A stretch of 64,000 nucleotides of DNA from Candidatus Bathyarchaeia archaeon. Lineage in GTDB: Archaea > Thermoproteota > Bathyarchaeia > Bathyarchaeales > Bathycorpusculaceae. A program made the position numbers and the translations under genes. The notes beneath the pieces are model-generated. The model was not told the DNA's origin and searched no databases. It saw only the letters and a list, made by a program, of their open reading frames with translations. Location: NCBI GenBank assembly GCA_049512075.1, contig JBEKXL010000013.1, forward strand, positions 1 to 64,000, given 5' to 3'. Shown here one piece after another: positions 29,541-38,763 of this stretch (positions are counted from its first letter, which is position 1; each line of letters opens with the position of its first letter).

Positions 29541-30461
29541 ATGGCGGAGATAGTAGAGTGCGTGCCCAACTTCAGCACCTCAGACCCTGAAGTCGTGCAG
29601 TCCATCGTTGAGGAGCTCAAGAGAACCAAGGACGCCTTTTTACTCGACTATTCCTTTGACGATTATTACAACAGGCTTGTCGTCTCTTTCGTCGGCGACA
29701 AGAAGTCTGTGCTTGAGGCTGCGTTGAAAATGTCCTTCAAGGCTGTGGACCTGATTGACATGAAAAAGCATGCAGGTCAGCACCCCAGGATCGGTGCGGT
29801 CGACGTTGTCCCGTTCATACCGTCAAAAAACGTGACGATTGACGATTGTGTCGAGTTGTCGAAGAGGTTCGGACAGGGTCTGGCTGAAAAGTGCCGAGTC
29901 CCGGTGTACCTGTACGGCGCCGCTTCCGCGAAGCCTGAAAGAAAAGATCTGGATTGGATACGCGAGGGTGGCTATGAAAGGCTCGGCGAAATGATTGTCA
30001 AGCCTGAACGCAAGCCAGACTACGGGCCCGCTAAGCCTCATCCCACCGCAGGCGCCACGATAACTGGCGCGCGCAAAGTCATGGTAGGCTTCAACGTCAA
30101 CATAGGAACCGCAGATTTGAAGATTGCCAAGAAAATTGCTAGGGCCCTGCACGGGAGTAAGGGCGGGTTCTCCAACGTTAAAGCGATGGCCGCTTTCCTT
30201 CCAGAGAAAAACATCACGCAGATCGGGATGAGCATAAGCGATTTCGAGAGAACTCCGCTCTACCGCGTCTACGAAGTGCTCAAGGTTGAATGTGCACGTT
30301 ACAACGTGCCGATAGTCGGTTCAGAATTCTGCGGCATGGCCCCGCTGAAAGCCCTCATCGATACTGTTGGGTACTACCTCAAAGTTGACAACCTGACCGA
30401 GGAGCGCGTCCTGGAAATAGCCGTACACGATGCCATCGAAAAAGGCGGTGTGTTTGAGTAG
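29541..30461 (+). CDS. ftcd: Glutamate formimidoyltransferase
   Basis: ECVPNFS, H.GQHPRIGAVDVVPF, PD.GP…HPTAGA. Confidence 0.92.
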   Translation: MAEIVECVPNFSTSDPEVVQSIVEELKRTKDAFLLDYSFDDYYNRLVVSFVGDKKSVLEAALKMSFKAVDLIDMKKHAGQHPRIGAVDVVPFIPSKNVTIDDCVELSKRFGQGLAEKCRVPVYLYGAASAKPERKDLDWIREGGYERLGEMIVKPERKPDYGPAKPHPTAGATITGARKVMVGFNVNIGTADLKIAKKIARALHGSKGGFSNVKAMAAFLPEKNITQIGMSISDFERTPLYRVYEVLKVECARYNVPIVGSEFCGMAPLKALIDTVGYYLKVDNLTEERVLEIAVHDAIEKGGVFE

Positions 30462-31779
30462 AGCTGTGAAGGCAAGGGCACGGGAAAAACTGGACCTGCT
30501 CGTTGTAAACGCCGATGAGCTTGTCACGCTTTCCGGTGAGGCTCAGAAGCCGCGCACGGGAAAGCAGATGCGGGAGCTTGGAATAATACGCGACGGAGGC
30601 TTGGCCGTCAAGGATGGAAGAATCGTCGCAGTGGGAAAAACCACGGACATTACGAAGGCTTTCAAGGCCGAAAACGTCGTGCGCGCAAACGGGAAAATCG
30701 TTCTTCCGGGCTTCGTTGACCCTCACACGCACCTTGTGTTTGCCGGTTCACGGGAAGACGAGTTTCAGATGCGACTGGCAGGTGCCTCTTACATGGAAAT
30801 CCTCAAGGCCGGCGGCGGCATTCTGAAGACGGTTAGGGAAACCAGAAAGGCGAGCTTTGAAAAACTCGTCGAACATGGCACTGAAACCTTGGATGCAATG
30901 TTGGAGCACGGAACGACGACTGTTGAAGCCAAGAGCGGCTACGGTCTGACGACAAGAGACGAGCTGAAGATGTTGGAGGTTGTTAAACGCTTGAATCAGC
31001 TGCACAGCGTGGACATCGTTCCAACCTTTCTCGGGGCCCATGCTATTCCCAAGGAATTCGACAACAACCTGCAAGGCTACGTTAACCTGGTCACCGAGGA
31101 GATGATCCCCAGAGTGACCGAGAAGGGGCTGGCAGAGTTCTGCGACGTCTTCTGCGAGAAAGGAGTGTTCAGCCTTGAACAGACTAGGCGCATCCTGACC
31201 ATAGGCAAGAACTCAGGCCTAAAGCCCAAGGTTCACGCAGATGAGATGAGCCGCCTAGGAGGGGCAGAACTCGCAGCAGACATCGGAGCGGTTTCTGCAG
31301 ATCACTTGCTCTTCTCCTCTGAGGAAGGCATCAAGGCAATGGCTGAAAAAGGCGTCGCAGCCATTCTGCTGCCTGCAGCAGCTTTCAGCTTAATGATCAA
31401 CCGATACGCAGATGCCCGCGAAATGATTGACTGCGGAGTCCCCGTAGCATTGGGCACGGACTTCAACCCAAACTGCTGGGTTGAAAATCAGCAGCTGGTC
31501 ATAGGGCTTGCCTGTCACTTCATGAAAATGACACCTGCTGAAGCTATCACGGCGACCACGATTAACGCCGCTCACGCTGTGAGCCGAGCAAACGAGGTCG
31601 GCAGCTTAGAAGTGGGAAAGAAGGCTGATGTCATCATCCTAGACGTACCTAACCACAAGTTTCTCGGCTACCGATTCGGTGTGAACCTGGTTGACAAGGT
31701 GATTAAGAACGGAAGAATCGTGGTTGACAAAGAGGCTAGTCGCAGCGAGTTTCGACTTCTGGAAAAACAGAAAATGTAA
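30454..31779 (+). CDS. hutI: Imidazolonepropionase
   Basis: PGFVDPHTH, EAKSGYGL, DVFCE, HADE, GTDFNP; start approximate. Confidence 0.95.
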   Translation: MSRAVKARAREKLDLLVVNADELVTLSGEAQKPRTGKQMRELGIIRDGGLAVKDGRIVAVGKTTDITKAFKAENVVRANGKIVLPGFVDPHTHLVFAGSREDEFQMRLAGASYMEILKAGGGILKTVRETRKASFEKLVEHGTETLDAMLEHGTTTVEAKSGYGLTTRDELKMLEVVKRLNQLHSVDIVPTFLGAHAIPKEFDNNLQGYVNLVTEEMIPRVTEKGLAEFCDVFCEKGVFSLEQTRRILTIGKNSGLKPKVHADEMSRLGGAELAADIGAVSADHLLFSSEEGIKAMAEKGVAAILLPAAAFSLMINRYADAREMIDCGVPVALGTDFNPNCWVENQQLVIGLACHFMKMTPAEAITATTINAAHAVSRANEVGSLEVGKKADVIILDVPNHKFLGYRFGVNLVDKVIKNGRIVVDKEASRSEFRLLEKQKM

Positions 31780-31874
31780 ACGCGCCATCGCGCCCTATCC
31801 TCAAACAGGCTGGACACGATTTTGGGCAAAGAATTAAAGTGCGCCACCACATTCTTGGTTCATGGTGAACCCCA

Positions 31875-33533
31875 TTGGTTGAGCTACAAAAGCCCGTCCA
31901 CTGTTTGACCGGACAGGAACTACACTGCAGGAATTGGCAGATTGAAGGCATTCTGCGCATGCTCTGCAACGTTGTTGACCCGGAAGTGGCCAAGGATCCT
32001 GAAAGACTCATTGTCTATGGAGGAACTGGAAAAGCTTGTCGGAACTGGGAGTGTTTTGACCGCGTAGTCGAAACGCTCACGGAACTCGAGCCCGACGAAA
32101 CCATGCTGATTCAAAGCGGAAAACCCGTTGCCGTTTTCAAGACGCACACGTGGGCTCCCAGAGCCTTGATCGTTAATTCAATGCTTGTGCCGAAATGGGC
32201 CACTTGGGACTACTTCTACGAGTTAGAGCAGAAAGGCTTGATTATGTACGGACAGATGACTGCGGGATCCTGGGCGTACATTGGAACACAGGGGATTCTG
32301 CAGGGCACGTACGAAACATTGGCCGCCGTTGCAAAAGAGCACTTTGGCGGAAACCTGAAGGGAAGACTCGTTTTGACTGCAGGTCTCGGTGAAATGGGAG
32401 GTGCCCAACCTCTGGCTGTAACGATGAACGAAGGCGTCGCTTTGGTTGTGGAGGTTGACAAGCGAGCGATTGACCGCAGGATTAAACACAAGTACCTAGA
32501 AACATGGACCGACAGCTTGGACGAAGCTGTTAAATTGGCTCTGGAAGCAAAACGTGAGTGCATCCCGAGAAGTATAGGTTTACTCGGCAACGCTGCAGAA
32601 GTACACCCCGAACTTCTCAGACGAGGCATAATCCCCGACGTCCTAACCGATCAGACCAGCGCGCACGACCCTCTGAACGGTTACTACCCAGCAGGCCTGA
32701 GCAAAGAAGAGGCGGACGAACTGAGAAAGAGTGACCCGAAAGAGTACTGCAGAAGAGCCAACGAAAGCATGCGTCTGCACGTCGAAACCATGGTCAAAAT
32801 GATGCAAAAAGGCGCTGTAACGTTTGATTACGGAAACAACCTGCGAGAACAGGCTAGCAAGGCAGGCTTCAAGGAGGCATTTGCATTCCCCGGCTTCGTG
32901 CAGCGATACGTCAGACCGATGTTCTGCGAAGGGAAGGGACCCTTTCGCTGGGCGTCGCTCGTGGGCGACGAGAACGACATTTACACGCTGGACGACGTGC
33001 TTCTGAAGGATTTTGCCTACAACAAGGAACTGTGCCGCTGGATAATGAAAGCCAGAGAGCAGGTGAAGTTCCAAGGCTTGCCTGCAAGAGTCTGCTGGCT
33101 TGGCTTCGGCGAAAGGGCAAGATTTGGAAAAACCATTAACAGCATGGTTGCCGACGGCAGCCTTTCTGGACCAGTTTGGATCGGCAGAGACCACTTGGAC
33201 GGTGGAAGCGTTGCATCACCGAACCGCGAGACCGAAGGCATGAAAGATGGAAGCGACGCGATTGCCGATTGGCCCATACTCAACGCTCTAATAAACGCTG
33301 TTGGAGGAGCAACATGGGTCAGCGTGCACCACGGCGGCGGCGTCGGCATAGGCTACAGCATCCACGCTGGAATGTGCTTGGTAGCTGACGGAACCGAAGA
33401 AATGGAACATCGAATAGTGACGGTGCTGACGACAGACCCGGGAATGGCTATAGTCAGGCATGCAGACGCTGGCTATGAGAAGGCTCAGAGAATTGCAAAA
33501 GAGAAAAACGTTAAGATGCCAATGCTGAAATAA
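31875..33533 (+). CDS. hutU: Urocanate hydratase
   Basis: [37 protein letters not shown]. Confidence 0.97.
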   Translation: MVELQKPVHCLTGQELHCRNWQIEGILRMLCNVVDPEVAKDPERLIVYGGTGKACRNWECFDRVVETLTELEPDETMLIQSGKPVAVFKTHTWAPRALIVNSMLVPKWATWDYFYELEQKGLIMYGQMTAGSWAYIGTQGILQGTYETLAAVAKEHFGGNLKGRLVLTAGLGEMGGAQPLAVTMNEGVALVVEVDKRAIDRRIKHKYLETWTDSLDEAVKLALEAKRECIPRSIGLLGNAAEVHPELLRRGIIPDVLTDQTSAHDPLNGYYPAGLSKEEADELRKSDPKEYCRRANESMRLHVETMVKMMQKGAVTFDYGNNLREQASKAGFKEAFAFPGFVQRYVRPMFCEGKGPFRWASLVGDENDIYTLDDVLLKDFAYNKELCRWIMKAREQVKFQGLPARVCWLGFGERARFGKTINSMVADGSLSGPVWIGRDHLDGGSVASPNRETEGMKDGSDAIADWPILNALINAVGGATWVSVHHGGGVGIGYSIHAGMCLVADGTEEMEHRIVTVLTTDPGMAIVRHADAGYEKAQRIAKEKNVKMPMLK

Positions 33534-33665
33534 CCGCGCTTGTTCGTCAAAACAAAACACTGCCCACCAGACTTGACATCAAGTCCATTTACGAGAACTC
33601 AAAAGGCGTACGTGAAAAAGCTTAAATTTGCAAAGGCCAAAAAAAGGGACGGCAGTGTTTTAAAA

Positions 33666-34187
33666 ATGAGTGAAAAAAAAGTTGTTAGCAGAAACATTGC
33701 AATAGGAATCGGAGTGTTGTACATTATTCTATTAGTTGGTATGGTCGGAGTAGCACTTGATTACGCATCAGTGTTAAACGATAAGGATTCTCAAATAGCT
33801 GACCTTCAAAACCAGGTCACGTTTGACAGTTCCACCATTGATAGGCTCACTGCCATAGGCAATTTGACTAATTCAACAGTCTGGGTGAATCATGAATCTA
33901 TAGATCAACCAGCAGGAAATTCTTCCAACACCTACACTTCTTGGTCGTATTCTGTAAGCTATGCGGGTTATGTCGTCGTAGACATCCTGTCTTCTTCGAA
34001 TTCCAACACCTATGTTGAATTGAAATATTCGTGGAATGGAGTTAACTATGACAATACTGTAAACGTTGGTTCAGGCGGTTCAGCATGGTTCCCCGTCCTT
34101 CCCTCAAACAACATAGACGTTCGAGTGATTAACAATAGCTTCTTCACTGGCGCCTCGGAGACATTGACGATAACATACTGGTATTGA
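33666..34187 (+). CDS. Membrane-anchored hypothetical protein
   Basis: MSEKKVVSRNIAI + TM + short coiled coil + Ser/Asn-rich beta domain. Confidence 0.75.
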   Translation: MSEKKVVSRNIAIGIGVLYIILLVGMVGVALDYASVLNDKDSQIADLQNQVTFDSSTIDRLTAIGNLTNSTVWVNHESIDQPAGNSSNTYTSWSYSVSYAGYVVVDILSSSNSNTYVELKYSWNGVNYDNTVNVGSGGSAWFPVLPSNNIDVRVINNSFFTGASETLTITYWY

Positions 34188-34421
34188 AGTTTCGCGCGCT
34201 GGCTTGTCCCAAAATTGGTCTAAAGTGGCAGTAATTCTTATTTTCGGGTTTGGGGGCAGATTTGAGGCGCACAGCCCACCGCGCACACATTTCAATCTTT
34301 GCGTCGTTTGGGTTCTGGGATAAAACTTTGCCCCCCAAACCCACACAAGAGTACTTGGTTGACTACACCGCAGCTGCGTTCTCACCCAAATCTGTAAGAG
34401 AGAGAGCGGGTTATGTAGCCA

Positions 34422-35303
34422 ATGGTGAATCCAGATCGGACTAAGAACGAAAAGAAGGAGGAGGTGAAGAAAATGTATGAGGATTGGGTTGTAGGACTTT
34501 CTCTTTTTTTTGGCGCAGTGGTGGTTCTCGTTGTACTCTACCTTAGCTATTTCATTGTTAGGCAGTGGGAGAGAGTAGCGTTGATACGTTTGGGCAGGAT
34601 AGTGAAGATTGAAGACAAAGCGGGATTGCATCTCAGAATACCTTTTATTGATAGGCTTTATGTGGTTGACATGAGAATGCAGGTGATTCAACTGAAAGGG
34701 CAAACAACAATCACGAAGGACAACATTTCAGTTAGCATAGATACAGTTGTTTTCACCAAAGTGGAGGACCCTGAGAAAGTAATATTGCAGATCGAAGATT
34801 ACAAGGATGCTGTGGCTAAGTATGCACAGACATCCATCAGAGACATAATGGGAAAATACAGTCTGGACGACTTGCTCATGAAACGTGAAGAAGTGGCGAA
34901 TGCTTTCAAAGACAAAGTTGATGAATTGTCCAAAGTGTGGGGCGTAGACATTAACAAGGCAGAGATACAAGACATATCTTTGCCCGATGATATGAAAAGA
35001 GCCCTGGCAGTGAAAGCGGAAGCAGAAAGAGAGGCACAATCGGTTGTGATTAAAGCAGATGCCGAACTGAAGGCATCGGAAATTCTTAAACAAGCGGCTG
35101 AAAACATGAAAGACCCGAATGCCATGCAACTAAGAATCTTGGCAGCAGTAAGTGAAGCAAGCAAAGAAGCCGCAAACACGATAATTATGGCATTGCCGCT
35201 AGAGACGTTGAAGTATGCGAGTGTAGGAGATTTGGGAGCATTAGCTTCAATAAACAGTAGTGCAGGCAGAAGACGCGTAGAGGACAGAGATAAAAAACAA
35301 TGA
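34422..35303 (+). CDS. SPFH/band 7 (stomatin-like) protein
   Basis: TM, RLG, ITKDN, AQTSIRD.MG, AEAERE, AMQLR. Confidence 0.92.
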   Translation: MVNPDRTKNEKKEEVKKMYEDWVVGLSLFFGAVVVLVVLYLSYFIVRQWERVALIRLGRIVKIEDKAGLHLRIPFIDRLYVVDMRMQVIQLKGQTTITKDNISVSIDTVVFTKVEDPEKVILQIEDYKDAVAKYAQTSIRDIMGKYSLDDLLMKREEVANAFKDKVDELSKVWGVDINKAEIQDISLPDDMKRALAVKAEAEREAQSVVIKADAELKASEILKQAAENMKDPNAMQLRILAAVSEASKEAANTIIMALPLETLKYASVGDLGALASINSSAGRRRVEDRDKKQ

Positions 35304-35417
35304 AAACCATAATTCTGCTTCCTTTTAGACTATCCCTATTTTTCACGTTTTTGCTCGGATAATAGCGCGCGTGCGTGTTTCCAGCGCGCGCGAGATTGTG
35401 GGTTCAATCCAGTTTTT

Positions 35418-35684
35418 GCGCGCGCGGGAATTCTCACCACATATTCTTACAGCCTCAACCAAGCCCTTGTCGACAACATTAACCACATAGACGCCACTCT
35501 TACGGATTAATCCAAATGAATAACGAGAAGGAGCTACGCCTATGCTGACCAGTCTTCCCGACATGTAGGCAAACATGGCCACGCTCATTATGTTCCTTTT
35601 TCCTTCGAACTCTGTCGAGACCAAGTAGACGGGTCCTTCAGGCAGTTGCTGCAAGCCGGCATGCATGGAAGTCTCCTTCTTCAA
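35418..35684 (-). pseudogene. Flavin reductase-like protein, 3'-truncated
   Basis: P..LVST…NIM, IGV.PSRYS, VVNV…CG..S; homology stops at the (CG)n tract 35418-35426. Confidence 0.75.
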
Positions 35685-36126
35685 AGCAGGACAACTCCGA
35701 ACCTTACGATGACTTCCTCACTTCTTAAACTTGACTCCTATTCAAGAGAGCGCGCATGCTTGTTCCGAAATTGGCCTAAAATGGTTTTTATTCGCCCTTC
35801 ATGATCTAGGGACGGCTTTGGGCTTCGTGTCTGCTATTGATTTCTCGGGGATTTTGTCTTTCTCGAGCACAGGAGAAACGGGCAAACTGGAATTAAAACC
35901 ATTTTTGACCATTTTAGGAACACGCATGCGCGCTAACATGGTCTTTTTCAACATTGAAAATGTTCGCGCGGCAAGACTTATGTAGGTAGTTTTTCCCTTG
36001 GAGATGGACGATCCTGAAAGGCGTTAGAGACTGGAGGTACACTTTGTGCGAGGCTATCGAAGTCGAGCTATTGTTGGAATGGTCAGAGGGGTCAGAGGGT
36101 CGTTGACAGGTCATTGAGGAAGAACT

Positions 36127-36693
36127 GTGTGGGTCTATGTTCAGGAGTTTAGGAAGAACTGCGAAATAGTAGGTTTCAAGGACGTTGAAGTCAACGAAAC
36201 TGAAGCGTTTTTGGAGGCAGTAGATAGGGACAAGCCTGCTGGTGTGGAAGCGCAATTTTTTGACGCAGATCTTATTGCCACGTGGCAGCATCTCTACTTC
36301 GCCGTGTTGAACGCGCTTACAGCATTCAAGAACAGAGAGAACCTCTCCAAGAGTGTCGCGATGGAAACTATGCTTTACGCCTCTGGGCGGAGGCAAATCC
36401 AGAAAGCTACACAGCTGCTCGGCATCAAACCCACGTCGCGGAACATGGCGGTTCTGATAGTCGGAGGTAAGGCCGAAGTTGTGCAAAAGGCGTTAGCAAA
36501 GGTTTCGAGGCGCGTTGGTGGGCAGCTTGACGATTCGGTTCTTGAACTTTCATGGAAAAAGATTGAGAGAGTCAAGAGAGCTTTTGATATTTCGGAGACG
36601 GAGCTGGAAACGGTCATGGAAGGAGACGGTTTGGAAAAGGCGCTTGTTGATCTTGTTTTAGAACGGGTGGCGCTGTTGGCTACTGCACGCTGA
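36127..36693 (+). CDS. cgi121: KEOPS subunit Cgi121
   Basis: QFFDA, HL.FA..NA, ME.MLYASG.RQI..A…G, LERVALL. Confidence 0.9.
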   Translation: MWVYVQEFRKNCEIVGFKDVEVNETEAFLEAVDRDKPAGVEAQFFDADLIATWQHLYFAVLNALTAFKNRENLSKSVAMETMLYASGRRQIQKATQLLGIKPTSRNMAVLIVGGKAEVVQKALAKVSRRVGGQLDDSVLELSWKKIERVKRAFDISETELETVMEGDGLEKALVDLVLERVALLATAR

Positions 36694-36695
36694 CT

Positions 36696-37220
36696 CTAGA
36701 GGAGTTTCTCCTTCAGGACTGACAAGATGTCTTCGGGATTTAGGACTGACACGCCGGTGAAACCGCCAACGACTTCTATCAAAATTATCTTGTCAGGTTT
36801 GGTTAGATTGACTTTTCTTTTGACGCTGGCCGCCACTTTTTCGATTATCTCTTTGCTGTGTGTTATGGTGAAGCGTTTTTCGACTGTCACGCGGAAAGTT
36901 TCGTTCTCGTCGATTTTGGAGCTGAGTTCTGTGACTGCCTGCTGAATCAGATCCAGGTCTGTGTTGACGACTTTTTCAATCGGTATTATCCTGAGTATGA
37001 ACCTGAATTCGTAAGGACTCTGCTGTAGGAGGGCACGGAACCGTCTGATGGCCTCGACTGCGTCCATGTTGGTCTTCACTGCAATCAGGCCGGAAACGCC
37101 CGTTCTTTCAATGGCAGGCGAGGCGTCTCCTATTTTTTCAAAGAGGAAACGCAGTTCGGAACGGGCGCACTTCTCGTATCCACGCGAAGTGCTGGCCAGA
37201 AGATTGAATTCTTTAAGCAT
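36696..37220 (-). CDS. THUMP-domain protein (Tan1-like)
   Basis: TFRVTVEKR, KVNLTKPD..ILIE, GVSVL. Confidence 0.9.
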   Translation of the reverse strand: MLKEFNLLASTSRGYEKCARSELRFLFEKIGDASPAIERTGVSGLIAVKTNMDAVEAIRRFRALLQQSPYEFRFILRIIPIEKVVNTDLDLIQQAVTELSSKIDENETFRVTVEKRFTITHSKEIIEKVAASVKRKVNLTKPDKIILIEVVGGFTGVSVLNPEDILSVLKEKLL

Positions 37221-37297
37221 ACGCTCAACGGCACACAGTATGTTTCCTGAAGCAATTTAGCGTTTCGAAGAGAGGCGGAACCTTTCACCATGAGTTT

Positions 37298-37364
37298 TGG
37301 GTCAGTGTGCGTAAATGGCTCCTTCATTGCCAGTGGCTCTCAGCCGTCGCCTCACATCATCCCA
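37298..37364 (-). ncRNA. Candidate box C/D sRNA
   Basis: TGGG-ATGATG-TGAGGCGACGG-CTGA-…-ATGAAG-GAGCCATTTACGCACA-CTGA-CCCA: boxes C, D', C', D in order with a 4-bp terminal stem. Confidence 0.5.
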
Positions 37365-37472
37365 GATGTAGTATCCCATCGCGTAGATTTATCCATTTTG
37401 ACTGTTCGATGGCGCTAGGCTTAAATTTGAATGAAACGTGTTCAACGTGTCTAGCTTGAAAGTGATGGAGAG

Positions 37473-38444
37473 ATGAAGAGAACGCGGAAATCAACGATAG
37501 TTGTTCATGGTGGAGCTGGGACTTGGCAGCCGGAGCGCAGCCAGCCAGGCATTGACGGTGTGAAAAGGGCTGCTGAGGTGGGTTTCGGCGTCTTGAAGAA
37601 GGGGGGAAGCGCCGTGGACAGTGTGATGGAAGCCGTTGCGGCTATGGAGGATGATGGGGTGTTCAACGCGGGGCATGGTTCCAGCTTGAACTTGGAGAAA
37701 AAAGTGGAAATGGAAGCTTCGATAATGGATGGAAAGACACTTCAGGCTGGCGCGGTAGGGTTGCTGCGAGATCTAAGGAACCCTGTTCGCTTGGCAAAGG
37801 TGGTCATGGAAAAGACCGATCATGTTTTTGTGGTGGGCGACGGTGCGGAGAAGTTAGCCGATCTTGAACATCTTGAGAGGCGCAACCCCGTAACCGAACT
37901 CAGACTGAAGTATTACGAGCAACAGAAGAAGGCTCTACTCGAAGGGAAATCTGAGCTGCCAAAGCTAGCTAACATGGTTAAGGATCATCCAGAACTTTTC
38001 ACACTGGGCACGGTAGGCGCTGTTGCAATCGACGACGAGGGAAACGTGGCAGCTGCGACGTCGACTGGGGGTTTCCCGTTGAAACTTCCAGGCAGAATCG
38101 GAGACTCACCGCTGATTGGCTGCGGGACGTATGCGGACAACTTGACGGGTGCTTGTTCAACTACCGGCGTCGGCGAGATTGCGATAAGGCTTGTTCTGGC
38201 AAAGACAGTTTGCAATTACATGGAAAATGGAAAAACAGCCCAGAAGGCCGCTGAAAACACAATAAAACTCGTGAATACTAGAATGCCGTCCATTTATAAT
38301 GCGATGGGATTGATTGCTATTGACGCGCATGGAAGAATAGGCGTGGCCCACAGTTCGCCAAACATGTGCTGGGCTTACATCACGCCGGATATGAAAGAAC
38401 CGAAGGCGTCGCTGACGGCGAAGATTGTGAAAGAACACCTGTAA
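37473..38444 (+). CDS. Isoaspartyl peptidase/L-asparaginase (Ntn hydrolase)
   Basis: VHGGAG, FNAG.GS, GTVGAVA, TSTGG, GRIGDSP. Confidence 0.92.
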   Translation: MKRTRKSTIVVHGGAGTWQPERSQPGIDGVKRAAEVGFGVLKKGGSAVDSVMEAVAAMEDDGVFNAGHGSSLNLEKKVEMEASIMDGKTLQAGAVGLLRDLRNPVRLAKVVMEKTDHVFVVGDGAEKLADLEHLERRNPVTELRLKYYEQQKKALLEGKSELPKLANMVKDHPELFTLGTVGAVAIDDEGNVAAATSTGGFPLKLPGRIGDSPLIGCGTYADNLTGACSTTGVGEIAIRLVLAKTVCNYMENGKTAQKAAENTIKLVNTRMPSIYNAMGLIAIDAHGRIGVAHSSPNMCWAYITPDMKEPKASLTAKIVKEHL

Positions 38445-38560
38445 AATGGCATTGATGTATGTATCTCTCTTTTCTTATTCTCGACAACTGACGTATAATA
38501 ATCCTTAAAGATTGCGGGGATGCTCTCACTATGCATTCGATTTGCATGGAGGTGAAAAAG

Positions 38561-38635
38561 GTGATAGATGAGGAAGAAGATACTGAAGAAGAAGACTGGG
38601 ATGAAGAAGAGGATTTTGAGGAAGAAGAATGGTAA
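38561..38635 (+). CDS. Ultra-acidic 24-aa micropeptide
   Basis: MIDEEEDTEEEDWDEEEDFEEEEW*; perfect GGAGGTGA SD upstream and a T-rich terminator downstream. Confidence 0.6.
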   Translation: MIDEEEDTEEEDWDEEEDFEEEEW

Positions 38636-38763
38636 GAACGTCAGCTGAGCAATCAGCCTTTTTGTGCTTTTTCTTTTATCGAAGCTTTTCTTGGATGCTT
38701 ATGACGGTTTCTTGAGTTTACGTTTATAACCTACAAGCAAAGACCATTCAGTGTCGGGTTGCA

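Noticed and set aside
30068-30075. (CG)n tract inside ftcd (also 41710 in the integrase)
   Set aside because: It encodes Gly-Ala-Arg in an intact conserved protein, so it is treated as background rather than a scar.
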